The notes beneath the pieces are model-generated. The model had not been told where the DNA came from. It did not search any database and worked only from the letters and a program-made list of their open reading frames with translations. From assembly GCA_043823085.1 (NCBI GenBank), contig JBDRBE010000004.1:133510-197509 (forward strand): a stretch of DNA of 64,000 bases, in the 5' to 3' direction. Of the stretch, positions 10,344 to 19,286 are shown piece by piece. Made by a program: the position numbers and the translations under genes. The number at the start of each line of letters is the position of its first letter. Position 1 is the stretch's first letter. This DNA comes from Candidatus Levyibacteriota bacterium. GTDB taxonomy: Bacteria; Patescibacteriota; Microgenomatia; Levybacterales; UBA12049.

Positions 10344-11584
10344 AGAGGCCTATTGCAATTTCTCTTTCACCGAACACAAAAACTAACGATGTTTTTTTGG
10401 CATTTAGACTGATATTTTCTCCATGGACATATATTAATGGTAATTATCCAAAGGTGTTGGAGCAATGGTTTAGAAATTATTTTAAAGTTTCAAATGCTAT
10501 TTCTTTTGCAAGCGGTAGGGGAGCATTACTTGCAATACTAAAAACTTTGGGAATTGGCTTACAAGACGAAGTAATTATTCAAGCGTTTACTTGTGTTGCA
10601 GTTTGTGATCCGATAATTAAAACAGGTGCAAAACCGATTTTTGCAGATATTAATAATTCATTAACAATGGACGCAGAAGACTTGGAAAAAAAAATTACAG
10701 CTAAAACAAAAGCGATTATTGTCCAGCATACTTTTGGTATACCGTCGGACTTAAATAAGATTTTGGCGATTGCAAAAAATCATGGAATAGCAGTAATTGA
10801 GGATTGCGCTCATATAATTGGCGGAAAATATAAAGATAAAAGACTTGGGACTTTTGGCGATGCTTCTTTTTTTAGTTTTGGAAGAGATAAAGCTTTTTCA
10901 TCTGTTTTTGGAGGAATGGCGATAACCGATAACGAACTTTTAGGAAAGAAGATAAGAATTTTTTGCAAACAGCAAAAAAATCCATCTTATTTTTGGGTGG
11001 CTCAACAGCTTTTTCATCCAATTGCTTTTTATTTTATTTTACCAATCTATAATTTTTTTGCATTCGGTAAGTTTCTGCTAATCTTTTTCCAAAAATTAAA
11101 ATTACTGTCATTACCGGTTTCTTCTAAAGAGAAACAAGGAGGTTTGTCATTAAAATTTGCCAGAAAATTACCAAACGCCTTTGCTTGTCTTGCCATCTTT
11201 CAACTTAAAAAAATTAACGAATATAATCAAAAACGAGAAGCAGTCGCAGATTATTACTTGAAAAATATTAAAAATAAAGAATTTATTTTTCCCTACCAAA
11301 AATCTATTCCTTTTTTGCGTTTTCCTATTTTAGCGGATAAGAGAGATGAAATTATTAATTTCTTTAAAAGAAAAGGAATTTATCTTGGAAAATGGTATAG
11401 CGAAACTGTAGGTCCTAAAGGAGTTAGTTTTAAGAGTATTTATTACAGGCAGGGGTTATGTCCAAATGCGGAGCTCATCGCAAAAAAAATAATTAATTTG
11501 CCGACTTATCCTGTTATGGAACCGAATGAAGAAAAGAAAATAGTTAATCTTCTGGAAAACTATGTTAAAGATTCAAGAAATTAA
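10340..11584 (+). CDS. DegT/DnrJ/EryC1/StrS-family PLP-dependent aminotransferase
   Basis: SGRGALLAIL...VIEDCAHIIGG...FSFGRDKAF (Lys-containing PLP motif). A ~60-aa hydrophobic insertion sits mid-protein. Confidence 0.7.
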   Translation: MKRPIAISLSPNTKTNDVFLAFRLIFSPWTYINGNYPKVLEQWFRNYFKVSNAISFASGRGALLAILKTLGIGLQDEVIIQAFTCVAVCDPIIKTGAKPIFADINNSLTMDAEDLEKKITAKTKAIIVQHTFGIPSDLNKILAIAKNHGIAVIEDCAHIIGGKYKDKRLGTFGDASFFSFGRDKAFSSVFGGMAITDNELLGKKIRIFCKQQKNPSYFWVAQQLFHPIAFYFILPIYNFFAFGKFLLIFFQKLKLLSLPVSSKEKQGGLSLKFARKLPNAFACLAIFQLKKINEYNQKREAVADYYLKNIKNKEFIFPYQKSIPFLRFPILADKRDEIINFFKRKGIYLGKWYSETVGPKGVSFKSIYYRQGLCPNAELIAKKIINLPTYPVMEPNEEKKIVNLLENYVKDSRN

Positions 11585-12575
11585 AGATAAAAAAGTTTGG
11601 GAGGATTTTATTGACAGAGCGGATTTTTATCCTTTTTTTCAATCATGGGACTGGGGGGATGTGCAAAAAAATCTTGGTCGAAAGATTTTAAGAATAGGAG
11701 CATATGAGGAAACTTTATTAATTGGTGTTTGTTTAGTTATCGAAATTAACGCGAGAAGAGGTCGCTATTTGCATCTAAGACACGGACCGGTGTTTTTAGT
11801 ATTTGACGAAAGGAAACTTGACGCAATTTTAGATTTTATTAAAAAAGAAGCAAGTAGAAGAGGGTCTTCTTTTATCCGTATCAGTCCGCTTTTAAATAAA
11901 GACTCGGAATCAGAAAAAATTTTGCAAAAAAAGGGATTTATTAATTCACCCATTCATAATATGGATGCAGAGACTTGTCTTATTTTGGATCTCGAAAAAT
12001 CAGAAGAAGATTTGCTTAAGGAAATGAGAAAGACACATAGATATTTAATACGTAAAGCACAAAATATGGGTATAAAAATTATTCGAACACAAAAAGTTTC
12101 TGATTTGAATAGTTTTTTGGATATTTATAAGAATTTATCAAAAAGAAAGCATTTTGTTCCGCACAGCGACGTAAAAGAAGAATTTGAATTATTTGTCGAA
12201 GATGATCAGGCGGTTTTATTTTTAGCGTCATTTCGAAAAAAAATTATTTGTGGTGCGATAATAATTTTTGCCGGGAATATGGCAATTTATCATCATGGAG
12301 CGTCTTTGGATGAGTTTAGAGACGTTCCTATCTCATATTTACTGCAATGGGAAGCGATTTTAGAAGCCAAAAAACGAGGTAAAAAACTTTATAATTTTTG
12401 GGGAATAACGCCTTTAGATAAACCTAATCATCCCTGGAAAGGAATCACCCTTTTTAAAACAGGATTTGGCGGTACTAGGCTTGAATTTATGCACGCCAAG
12501 GACCTGCCTTTAAATATATGGTACTGGAAAAGTTTTTTAATAGAATTTTATACAAAATGGAAAAAAGGGTATTGA
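11562..12575 (+). CDS. FemAB-family peptidoglycan aminoacyl/peptidyl transferase
   Basis: 337 aa GNAT-like Fem fold, with QSWDWGDV and a C-terminal HHGASL..YLLQWEAI region. Confidence 0.6.
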   Translation: MLKIQEIKDKKVWEDFIDRADFYPFFQSWDWGDVQKNLGRKILRIGAYEETLLIGVCLVIEINARRGRYLHLRHGPVFLVFDERKLDAILDFIKKEASRRGSSFIRISPLLNKDSESEKILQKKGFINSPIHNMDAETCLILDLEKSEEDLLKEMRKTHRYLIRKAQNMGIKIIRTQKVSDLNSFLDIYKNLSKRKHFVPHSDVKEEFELFVEDDQAVLFLASFRKKIICGAIIIFAGNMAIYHHGASLDEFRDVPISYLLQWEAILEAKKRGKKLYNFWGITPLDKPNHPWKGITLFKTGFGGTRLEFMHAKDLPLNIWYWKSFLIEFYTKWKKGY

Positions 12576-12612
12576 TTTGCTCTTATTGAGGTAGCATTGT
12601 ATAATATAACCC

Positions 12613-13623
12613 ATGGCTCAACTCTTAGGACTAATCATCCTCTCTTTTTTTATAAGCGGTATTCTTCTTGTTCCTTTTATTGATTTTTTATATAAAATTA
12701 AATTAAGGCGTCAAAAACAAGTAACAAGGGATGTTTTTAATAACAAAACTCCGGTTTTTGATAAATTCAATACCTGTAAAGTTGGAACTCCATTTGGCGG
12801 AGGAATCCTTATTATTCTTGTTTCAACGGCATTAACTTTGTGGGCATATGGGATTTTTAATATTAATATAAAACCATGGGAACTTTTCGTGATTCTTTTT
12901 TCTTTCTTAGGTTTTGGAGCATTAGGTCTTTATGACGATCTAAAAAAATTAGTTAATGGATCGAAAACAGCATTCTTTGGTCTGCGTTTTAGGCATAAGT
13001 TTATAATCCAATGGATTTTAGCGGTTATTATCGCGACGGTTCTATATTCAAAATTAGGTTATGATTTTATTTTCATTCATGGATTTGGCTTAGCAAGCAT
13101 TGGTTTTTTATTCATACCTGTGGCCGCATTTATTATTGTTTCTTTTGTTAACGCATTTAACATTTCTGATGGTCTTGACGGACTTTCTTCGGGACTTTTT
13201 CTTATTTGCATGATTGCATTTTTAGTTATTACTTCAAGTCAGTTAGATAAATCGCTTGGAATTTTTATTGCAATACTTATTGGAAGTGTTGCAGCATTTT
13301 TATATTTTAATATTTATAAAGCCAGGATTTGGCTTGGTGATGTGGGTTCATTATCCCTTGGTGCTGTTCTTGCCGTTGTTGGACTTTTAACAGGTAAAAT
13401 TGTCGCATTGGGATTTATTGGCGGATTTTTTATGCTGGAAGCAGGATCGTCTTTGATACAAATATTTGGCAAAAAGTTTTTAGGCAGAAAAATTTTGCCA
13501 GTTTCACCGTTACATCTCTATTTAAGAAAAATTGGCTGGGAAGAGCCAAAAATTGTTATGAGAGCGTGGTTGGCTGGTTTAATTTTTGCTGTTCTGGGTT
13601 TATATATAGCTCTTATCCGATGA
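12613..13623 (+). CDS. mraY: Phospho-N-acetylmuramoyl-pentapeptide transferase
   Basis: NAFNISDGLDGL motif and polytopic membrane topology. 336 aa. Confidence 0.9.
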   Translation: MAQLLGLIILSFFISGILLVPFIDFLYKIKLRRQKQVTRDVFNNKTPVFDKFNTCKVGTPFGGGILIILVSTALTLWAYGIFNINIKPWELFVILFSFLGFGALGLYDDLKKLVNGSKTAFFGLRFRHKFIIQWILAVIIATVLYSKLGYDFIFIHGFGLASIGFLFIPVAAFIIVSFVNAFNISDGLDGLSSGLFLICMIAFLVITSSQLDKSLGIFIAILIGSVAAFLYFNIYKARIWLGDVGSLSLGAVLAVVGLLTGKIVALGFIGGFFMLEAGSSLIQIFGKKFLGRKILPVSPLHLYLRKIGWEEPKIVMRAWLAGLIFAVLGLYIALIR

Positions 13624-13624
13624 A

Positions 13625-14692
13625 ATGAAAAAAATAGATCTTCTCCTTTTGGCAACTGTAGTTTTTTTAACTCTTTTTGGACTTCTAATGATTTATGACG
13701 CCTCTTCATTTATTGCATTTAGAGATTTTGCAGATAAAAATCATTATGTCAAAGATCAGGCGCTTTGGGTAGTTTTAGGTTTTTGCATGCTTTTGTTCTT
13801 TTCCTTTTTTGATTACCGAAGACTTTATAATCTTTCAATACCTCTTTTAATAGTAGCGATTATTTTTTTATCTCTTGTTTTTGTTCCGGGTGTTGGTATT
13901 CAGGTTCTTGGAGCTAGACGTTGGATAGATGCAGGAGTTTTTGTTATTCAGCCTGCAGAATTTATTAAACTTTCTTTGGCTGTTTATCTTTCGGCCTGGT
14001 TCTCTCGTAAAGAGAAGGGGAGATCTTTTGCGTTCTTTCTCTTGCTTGGCTTGGTAATGGTTCTTGTGATGCTTGAGCCTGATCTTGGTACTGCTTCTAT
14101 TATCTTTCTGGAAGCGGTAATTATTTATTTTTTATCCGGAGCAAATATTCTTTATTTTATTGGAATGGCGCCAATTGTTGCCATAGGATTATTTTTGTTA
14201 ATTAAAGTAGAATCGTATAGGGCGCAGAGGCTTGCGGCTTTTTTGAATATCAATCAATCACTTCAAAACTCTTCGTACCACGTAAAGCAAATTCTAATTG
14301 CTCTCGGAATGGGAGGACTGACAGGTGTGGGACTAGGTAATTCTTTGCAAAAATATGCGTATCTTCCGGAGAATACGACTGATTCTATTTTTGCTATTAT
14401 TGCCGAAGAGATAGGTTTTATTGGCGCAACGATTTTAATAGTTCTTTTGGCTGTTGTAATTTGGCGCGGGTTTTATATTGCGCTTAATAGTAAAGATCCT
14501 TTCGGAAGACTTCTTGCCGGGGGTATTACGTCCTTTTTGGCGATACAAATGATTCTTAATCTTGGCTCCCAAACTGCTCTTTTTCCTTTAACAGGTATTC
14601 CTCTTCCATTTATTTCCTACGGCGGTTCATCCTTAGTGGTTGATTTATTATCAGTTGGAATACTTCTTAATATTTCAAAAAATAAAATATAA
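13625..14692 (+). CDS. ftsW: SEDS-family peptidoglycan glycosyltransferase FtsW
   Basis: MIYDASS N-terminal region, 10-TM SEDS topology, positioned between mraY and murG. Confidence 0.85.
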   Translation: MKKIDLLLLATVVFLTLFGLLMIYDASSFIAFRDFADKNHYVKDQALWVVLGFCMLLFFSFFDYRRLYNLSIPLLIVAIIFLSLVFVPGVGIQVLGARRWIDAGVFVIQPAEFIKLSLAVYLSAWFSRKEKGRSFAFFLLLGLVMVLVMLEPDLGTASIIFLEAVIIYFLSGANILYFIGMAPIVAIGLFLLIKVESYRAQRLAAFLNINQSLQNSSYHVKQILIALGMGGLTGVGLGNSLQKYAYLPENTTDSIFAIIAEEIGFIGATILIVLLAVVIWRGFYIALNSKDPFGRLLAGGITSFLAIQMILNLGSQTALFPLTGIPLPFISYGGSSLVVDLLSVGILLNISKNKI

Positions 14693-14695
14693 AAT

Positions 14696-15799
14696 ATGAA
14701 AGCAGTTTTTACCGGAGGTCATTTGTCCCCGCTGTTAGCGGTTTTGGACGTTATGCCAAAGGATATTGACCTTTTGGTTATTGGAAGAAAATATGCGCTT
14801 GAAGGCGATAAGGTTCTTTCTTTGGAATATCAAACGTTAAATAAAGAGAAAGTTCGTTTTGAAAATATCACAGCCGCAAGACTGCAAAGAAAATTTACAA
14901 GACATACTCTTGCTGCGCTTTTTAAATTTCCATTAGGCTTTGTTCAGTCACTGTTGATTTTGTTAAAATTTAAACCGGAGGTTGTGTTATCGTTTGGCGG
15001 ATATGTTTCTCTTCCGGTAACATTGGCAAGTTTCGTTTTAGGAATTCCCGTTGTAATACACGAACAAACTTTGGAAGCAGGACTATCCAATAGAATCAGT
15101 TCCTTTTTTGCCAAAAAGATATGCATATCTTGGGAAACATCAAGAAAATTTTTTCCCAAATCAAAAGTTGTAATGACGGGAAACCCCGTACGAGAATTTT
15201 CAATTTTCAATTTTAAATTTTCAATTTCGGATGAGAAAATTCCATTAGTTTATGTTACGGGTGGAAGTTCAGGGTCTCATGCAATAAATCTTTTGATTGA
15301 GGGTTGTCTTGAAAAATTATTAGTCAATTGTAAAATTATTCACCAAACCGGCGGGGCAAAAGAATATAACGATTTGGAGCGTCTGAAGAAAATTAAAGAT
15401 AGCCTGAATCAAAAATTTCAAAAGAGGTATTTTCTTGCGAAGTTTATTGAGCCATGCGATGTCGGCTCAATTGTTAATGCAAGCGATCTTGTTGTATCAA
15501 GATCCGGCATAAGTACTATTACTGAACTTTTATTTTTTGCAAAACCTTCTCTTTTGATACCGCTTCCTTTTTCACAAAATAACGAGCAGAAAAAAAATGC
15601 TCTTCTTTTGCAAAATCTGGGTTTAGGAGAAATTATTGATCAAGAAAAAACTTCTTGCGATTTGTTATATGATAAAATGATAGAAATGTTGAATAACATC
15701 GAAAAATATAAAAAATCAAGAGAAGTTGTAAAAACATTAATAAAAAAAGATGCGGCGCAAAAATTAATTGAGGTATGTTATGCGCAAAAGAAAAATTAA
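14696..15799 (+). CDS. murG: Undecaprenyldiphospho-muramoylpentapeptide beta-N-acetylglucosaminyltransferase
   Basis: FTGGHLSPLLAV N-terminal G-rich motif and a GT28 fold. It contains the (TTTTCAA)4 insertion that encodes [10 protein letters not shown]. Confidence 0.85.
   Translation: MKAVFTGGHLSPLLAVLDVMPKDIDLLVIGRKYALEGDKVLSLEYQTLNKEKVRFENITAARLQRKFTRHTLAALFKFPLGFVQSLLILLKFKPEVVLSFGGYVSLPVTLASFVLGIPVVIHEQTLEAGLSNRISSFFAKKICISWETSRKFFPKSKVVMTGNPVREFSIFNFKFSISDEKIPLVYVTGGSSGSHAINLLIEGCLEKLLVNCKIIHQTGGAKEYNDLERLKKIKDSLNQKFQKRYFLAKFIEPCDVGSIVNASDLVVSRSGISTITELLFFAKPSLLIPLPFSQNNEQKKNALLLQNLGLGEIIDQEKTSCDLLYDKMIEMLNNIEKYKKSREVVKTLIKKDAAQKLIEVCYAQKKN
15197..15224. repeat. Heptanucleotide tandem array ttttcaa-ttttcaa-ttttaaa-ttttcaa (28 nt) inside murG
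   Basis: Read directly from the sequence. It translates to [10 protein letters not shown] within MurG. Confidence 0.9.
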
Positions 15800-16187
15800 A
15801 AGAAAAATATTTTTTATATGGTTTATTTTGTTATTAATTCTTTTTTGTTTGGCAATAACAATATTAATTTTGTATAAAAATTTGAATTTAATATCAGTTC
15901 CTTCAGCAGTAAATAAACTCGAAGATTCTAAAGATGTGCAATTAACAAAAAATCTGGAGCAAATTTTAGCCAAAAATAATATTAAATTTGATTTAATAAA
16001 GCTTGCTTCGCAATCTTCAGTTTTAGTTATTTTATTAAGCGGCGAAGAGATAATTTTCTCCAAAGTTAAGCCTTTGGAAGCTCAAGTTTCCTCTTTGCAA
16101 TTTATACTTTCTAGGCTTACAATAGAAGGTAAACGGTTTTCGCGATTAGATTTTAGATTTGAAAAACCGGTAATTTCTTTAAAGTAA
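15768..16187 (+). CDS. Small membrane-anchored protein, possibly an FtsQ/DivIB-like division protein
   Basis: Basic N-terminus followed by one TM helix. It sits in the ftsQ position between murG and ftsA, but is only 139 aa. Confidence 0.4.
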   Translation: MRYVMRKRKIKRKIFFIWFILLLILFCLAITILILYKNLNLISVPSAVNKLEDSKDVQLTKNLEQILAKNNIKFDLIKLASQSSVLVILLSGEEIIFSKVKPLEAQVSSLQFILSRLTIEGKRFSRLDFRFEKPVISLK

Positions 16188-16190
16188 GTT

Positions 16191-17501
16191 ATGAGCGAGG
16201 GAAAAATTGTTGTCGGAATAGATATAGGAACCTCAAAAATTGTCACTGTAATTGCCAAGGTTGACGATTCTGTAAACGTACTTGGAGTTTCGGAAGTAAA
16301 AGCGCAAGGCATTAAAAAGGGTCAAATCGTTGATATTGAGGAAGCTGTTTTATCAATCAACAGTTCTCTTGAATCTGCCGAAAGAATGGCAGGATATTCT
16401 GTTTCTCATGTTATTACTTCAATTGGCGGAGATCATGTTGAAAGCCAAAATTCAAAAGGAGTAGTTGCAGTTTCCAATCCTGACGGCGAGATTATTAAGA
16501 ATGATTTAACTAGGGTTATTGATGCAGCTAAGGCAATTTCTCTTCCTTCAAGCCGCGAGATTATTCATGTTTTGCCGCGAACCTACGCGGTTGATGGACA
16601 GCAAGGAATTAAAGACCCAATTGGAATGACAGGAGTTAGACTTGAGGTCGATACCCATTTGGTTACTGCTTCTTCAACATCAATTCGCAATATCGAAAAG
16701 GCAATGTCAGAAGTTGGAGTTGATATTGATGGTATTGTTTTCAATGGTTATGCAAGTAGTCTTTCTGCACTTTCGGAAACGGAAAAAGAGCTTGGCGTGG
16801 TTTTGGTTGATATGGGCGCTGGGACAACAGATATTTGTATTTATACAGAGGGATCCTTGTCATATTCATCTGTTCTATCAATAGGGGCCAGGCACATAAC
16901 CAATGATTTGGCAATTGGACTTAGAATTTCTTTGGAATCGGCAGAAAAAATAAAACTTTACCTTTCAAAAACTCCGGAAAAAACAAAACTTGAACCAAAC
17001 GATTTTGAAAAAGAAGAAGTGAAACCTTTACAAAGAAACTTCATGGGAAAGAATGACGAGCTTGATTTAAGTGCGTTAAACCTTCCCGAAGATTTAGGCT
17101 CGGTTTCTAAAAAAACTTTAATTGATGGAATTATCAGACCGAGACTTAACGAAATATTTACCATGGTTGGACTTGAAATTAAAAAAAGCGGATTTGCCGC
17201 ATCTACACCGGCAGGTCTGGTTGTAACAGGAGGGGGAGCAAGAACAATAGGCATTAATGATGCGACAAAAAGAATGCTTGCCATGCCAATTAGAATTGGC
17301 TATCCGCAGGAATTAAAAGGAATAATCGATGAAGTGCAAGACTCTCCATTTTCAACAGTTATTGGTTTGGCCATATATGGTTCAAAAGTTGAAACGTCTA
17401 CCGGTTTACCTTTTGGTTTTTCTTTTCCCCAAGCTCCTTTTTTAAAATTTGGAAAGTTTTCCAATAAAATTATTGATTTGATAAAATCATTTATTCCATA
17501 A
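16191..17501 (+). CDS. ftsA: Cell division protein FtsA
   Basis: VVGIDIGTSKI actin-fold phosphate-1 motif. 436 aa, immediately upstream of ftsZ. Confidence 0.9.
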   Translation: MSEGKIVVGIDIGTSKIVTVIAKVDDSVNVLGVSEVKAQGIKKGQIVDIEEAVLSINSSLESAERMAGYSVSHVITSIGGDHVESQNSKGVVAVSNPDGEIIKNDLTRVIDAAKAISLPSSREIIHVLPRTYAVDGQQGIKDPIGMTGVRLEVDTHLVTASSTSIRNIEKAMSEVGVDIDGIVFNGYASSLSALSETEKELGVVLVDMGAGTTDICIYTEGSLSYSSVLSIGARHITNDLAIGLRISLESAEKIKLYLSKTPEKTKLEPNDFEKEEVKPLQRNFMGKNDELDLSALNLPEDLGSVSKKTLIDGIIRPRLNEIFTMVGLEIKKSGFAASTPAGLVVTGGGARTIGINDATKRMLAMPIRIGYPQELKGIIDEVQDSPFSTVIGLAIYGSKVETSTGLPFGFSFPQAPFLKFGKFSNKIIDLIKSFIP

Positions 17502-17559
17502 ACTTCACTCTTGCAAAATCATTTTTTATCTGTTAGGATTTAGCTAATTAATTTGCCTT

Positions 17560-18654
17560 ATGCTAATTAAACCTCAAACAGCAAACTTCGCAAAGATTAG
17601 AGTGATTGGTATTGGTGGAGCTGGAAATAATGGTCTCAATTCGATGATTTCTCAAAGCCAAATTCAGGGTGTTGATTTTATTGGTGTAAATACAGATGCG
17701 CAAGCACTTTTAATGTGCCAGTCCGCGACAAAAATTCAAATCGGAGAAAATTTAACTAAGGGTCTTGGTTCTGGCGGCGATCCGGAAATCGGAAGGCAAG
17801 CCGCAGAGGAGTCGGTTGAAAAAATAAAAGACATACTGGAGGGTTCTGACATGGTTTTTTTAGCTGCCGGAATGGGAGGAGGAACAGGAACAGGAGCGTC
17901 TCCTATTATTGCCAAAATTGCCAAGGATGTGGGAGCGTTGACAATCGCGGTTGTAACCAAACCTTTTGCCTTTGAAGGGACACGAAGAATTGTAACCGGA
18001 GAAGACGGGGTAGAAAATCTTCGCGACAAAGTTGATACACTTATTGTTATTCCAAACCAAAGGATTTTAGAAGTAGTTGACAGGAAACTTTCGCTTTTAG
18101 AAGCTTTTAAAGTTGCAGATTCGGTTTTATCCCAAGGTGTTCAGGGAATATCTGATTTGATTACTACTCCCGGTCTTATTAATGTTGATTTTGCCGATGT
18201 TAAAACAATTATGAACAATGCAGGTTCTGCGTTAATGGGAATTGGAACAGGTGTTGGTGAAAATAGGGCGCAGACTGCAGCTAGAACTGCAATTGCCTCT
18301 CCGCTTTTGGAAATTTCTATGGACGGTGCAAGGGGAGTTCTTTTCAACATTATCGGCGGACCGGATTTGACAATGAGCGAAGTTGACGAAGCGGCAAAAA
18401 TTATTGCTTCATCTGCAGATCCGGATGCAAATATTATTTTTGGTGCGACAATAGATGAAACAATGCATGATCAAATGAAAATTACTGTTATTGCTACAGG
18501 TTTTGATCAGACAAAACAAAGATTAAAGGAATTTGTTGCTCCGCAGGTTGAAAAAACGGATGATCAAAATATTCCAAGCCCGGAGGAGGCGCCGGCAGAA
18601 GAAGAAGATAAAGACATCTGGGACATCCCCGCATTTTTGAGGAATAGGAATTAA
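17560..18654 (+). CDS. ftsZ: Cell division protein FtsZ
   Basis: GIGGAGNN and GGGTGTG tubulin signatures. Confidence 0.95.
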   Translation: MLIKPQTANFAKIRVIGIGGAGNNGLNSMISQSQIQGVDFIGVNTDAQALLMCQSATKIQIGENLTKGLGSGGDPEIGRQAAEESVEKIKDILEGSDMVFLAAGMGGGTGTGASPIIAKIAKDVGALTIAVVTKPFAFEGTRRIVTGEDGVENLRDKVDTLIVIPNQRILEVVDRKLSLLEAFKVADSVLSQGVQGISDLITTPGLINVDFADVKTIMNNAGSALMGIGTGVGENRAQTAARTAIASPLLEISMDGARGVLFNIIGGPDLTMSEVDEAAKIIASSADPDANIIFGATIDETMHDQMKITVIATGFDQTKQRLKEFVAPQVEKTDDQNIPSPEEAPAEEEDKDIWDIPAFLRNRN

Positions 18655-18715
18655 GCCTCACTTTGTCATTCGAACAATATCTTCCAAGATTGTTTTGTTG
18701 TGGTAAAATGATGGT

Positions 18716-19192
18716 ATGGTTGCGGATTTAAATAAGTTGGCCAGAGAAATTGTTGAGAAGAATCAGTATATGACGATTGGTTCTGCTAATAAAGCTGGCG
18801 AGGTTTGGGCATCGGTTGTCGCATATGTTTACGATGAAAACTATAATTTTTATTTTGTTTCGATGCCAAATTCAAAACATTGTTCAAATTTTAAAGAAAA
18901 CAGTGAAGTGGTTATAGCCATTTTTGATTCTCATCAGGCTTGGGGAGAAGGTATAGGACTACAAATAGAGGGAGAAATTTTGGAATTAAAATTAATTGAA
19001 GCTCCAAAGGCAATCAGAGCTTATTATAAACGAAATTATCCTTACGGAAAAATAACCGACGCTTTTGGTAAAGGACTTAAAAATCTCTTGAATAAAAATC
19101 TCTACAAACTTTACAAATTTATGCCAATAAAATTTTGGATGAATAACCCAAATTCCGACATAGACGAAAGAGTAGAAATTAAATTGCTTTAA
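18716..19192 (+). CDS. Pyridoxamine 5'-phosphate oxidase-like FMN-binding protein
   Basis: Split-barrel PNPOx-like profile (YMTIGS..GEVWASVV..YFVS). 158 aa. Confidence 0.5.
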   Translation: MVADLNKLAREIVEKNQYMTIGSANKAGEVWASVVAYVYDENYNFYFVSMPNSKHCSNFKENSEVVIAIFDSHQAWGEGIGLQIEGEILELKLIEAPKAIRAYYKRNYPYGKITDAFGKGLKNLLNKNLYKLYKFMPIKFWMNNPNSDIDERVEIKLL

Positions 19193-19286
19193 TTTTAGAC
19201 TGACAAATTAATTTCTTCGAGGATTGTTCTTGAACGGGTATTAAGTTCTCTTGAATAAAAAGCCGCTATCCGCTACAATTTAAACA

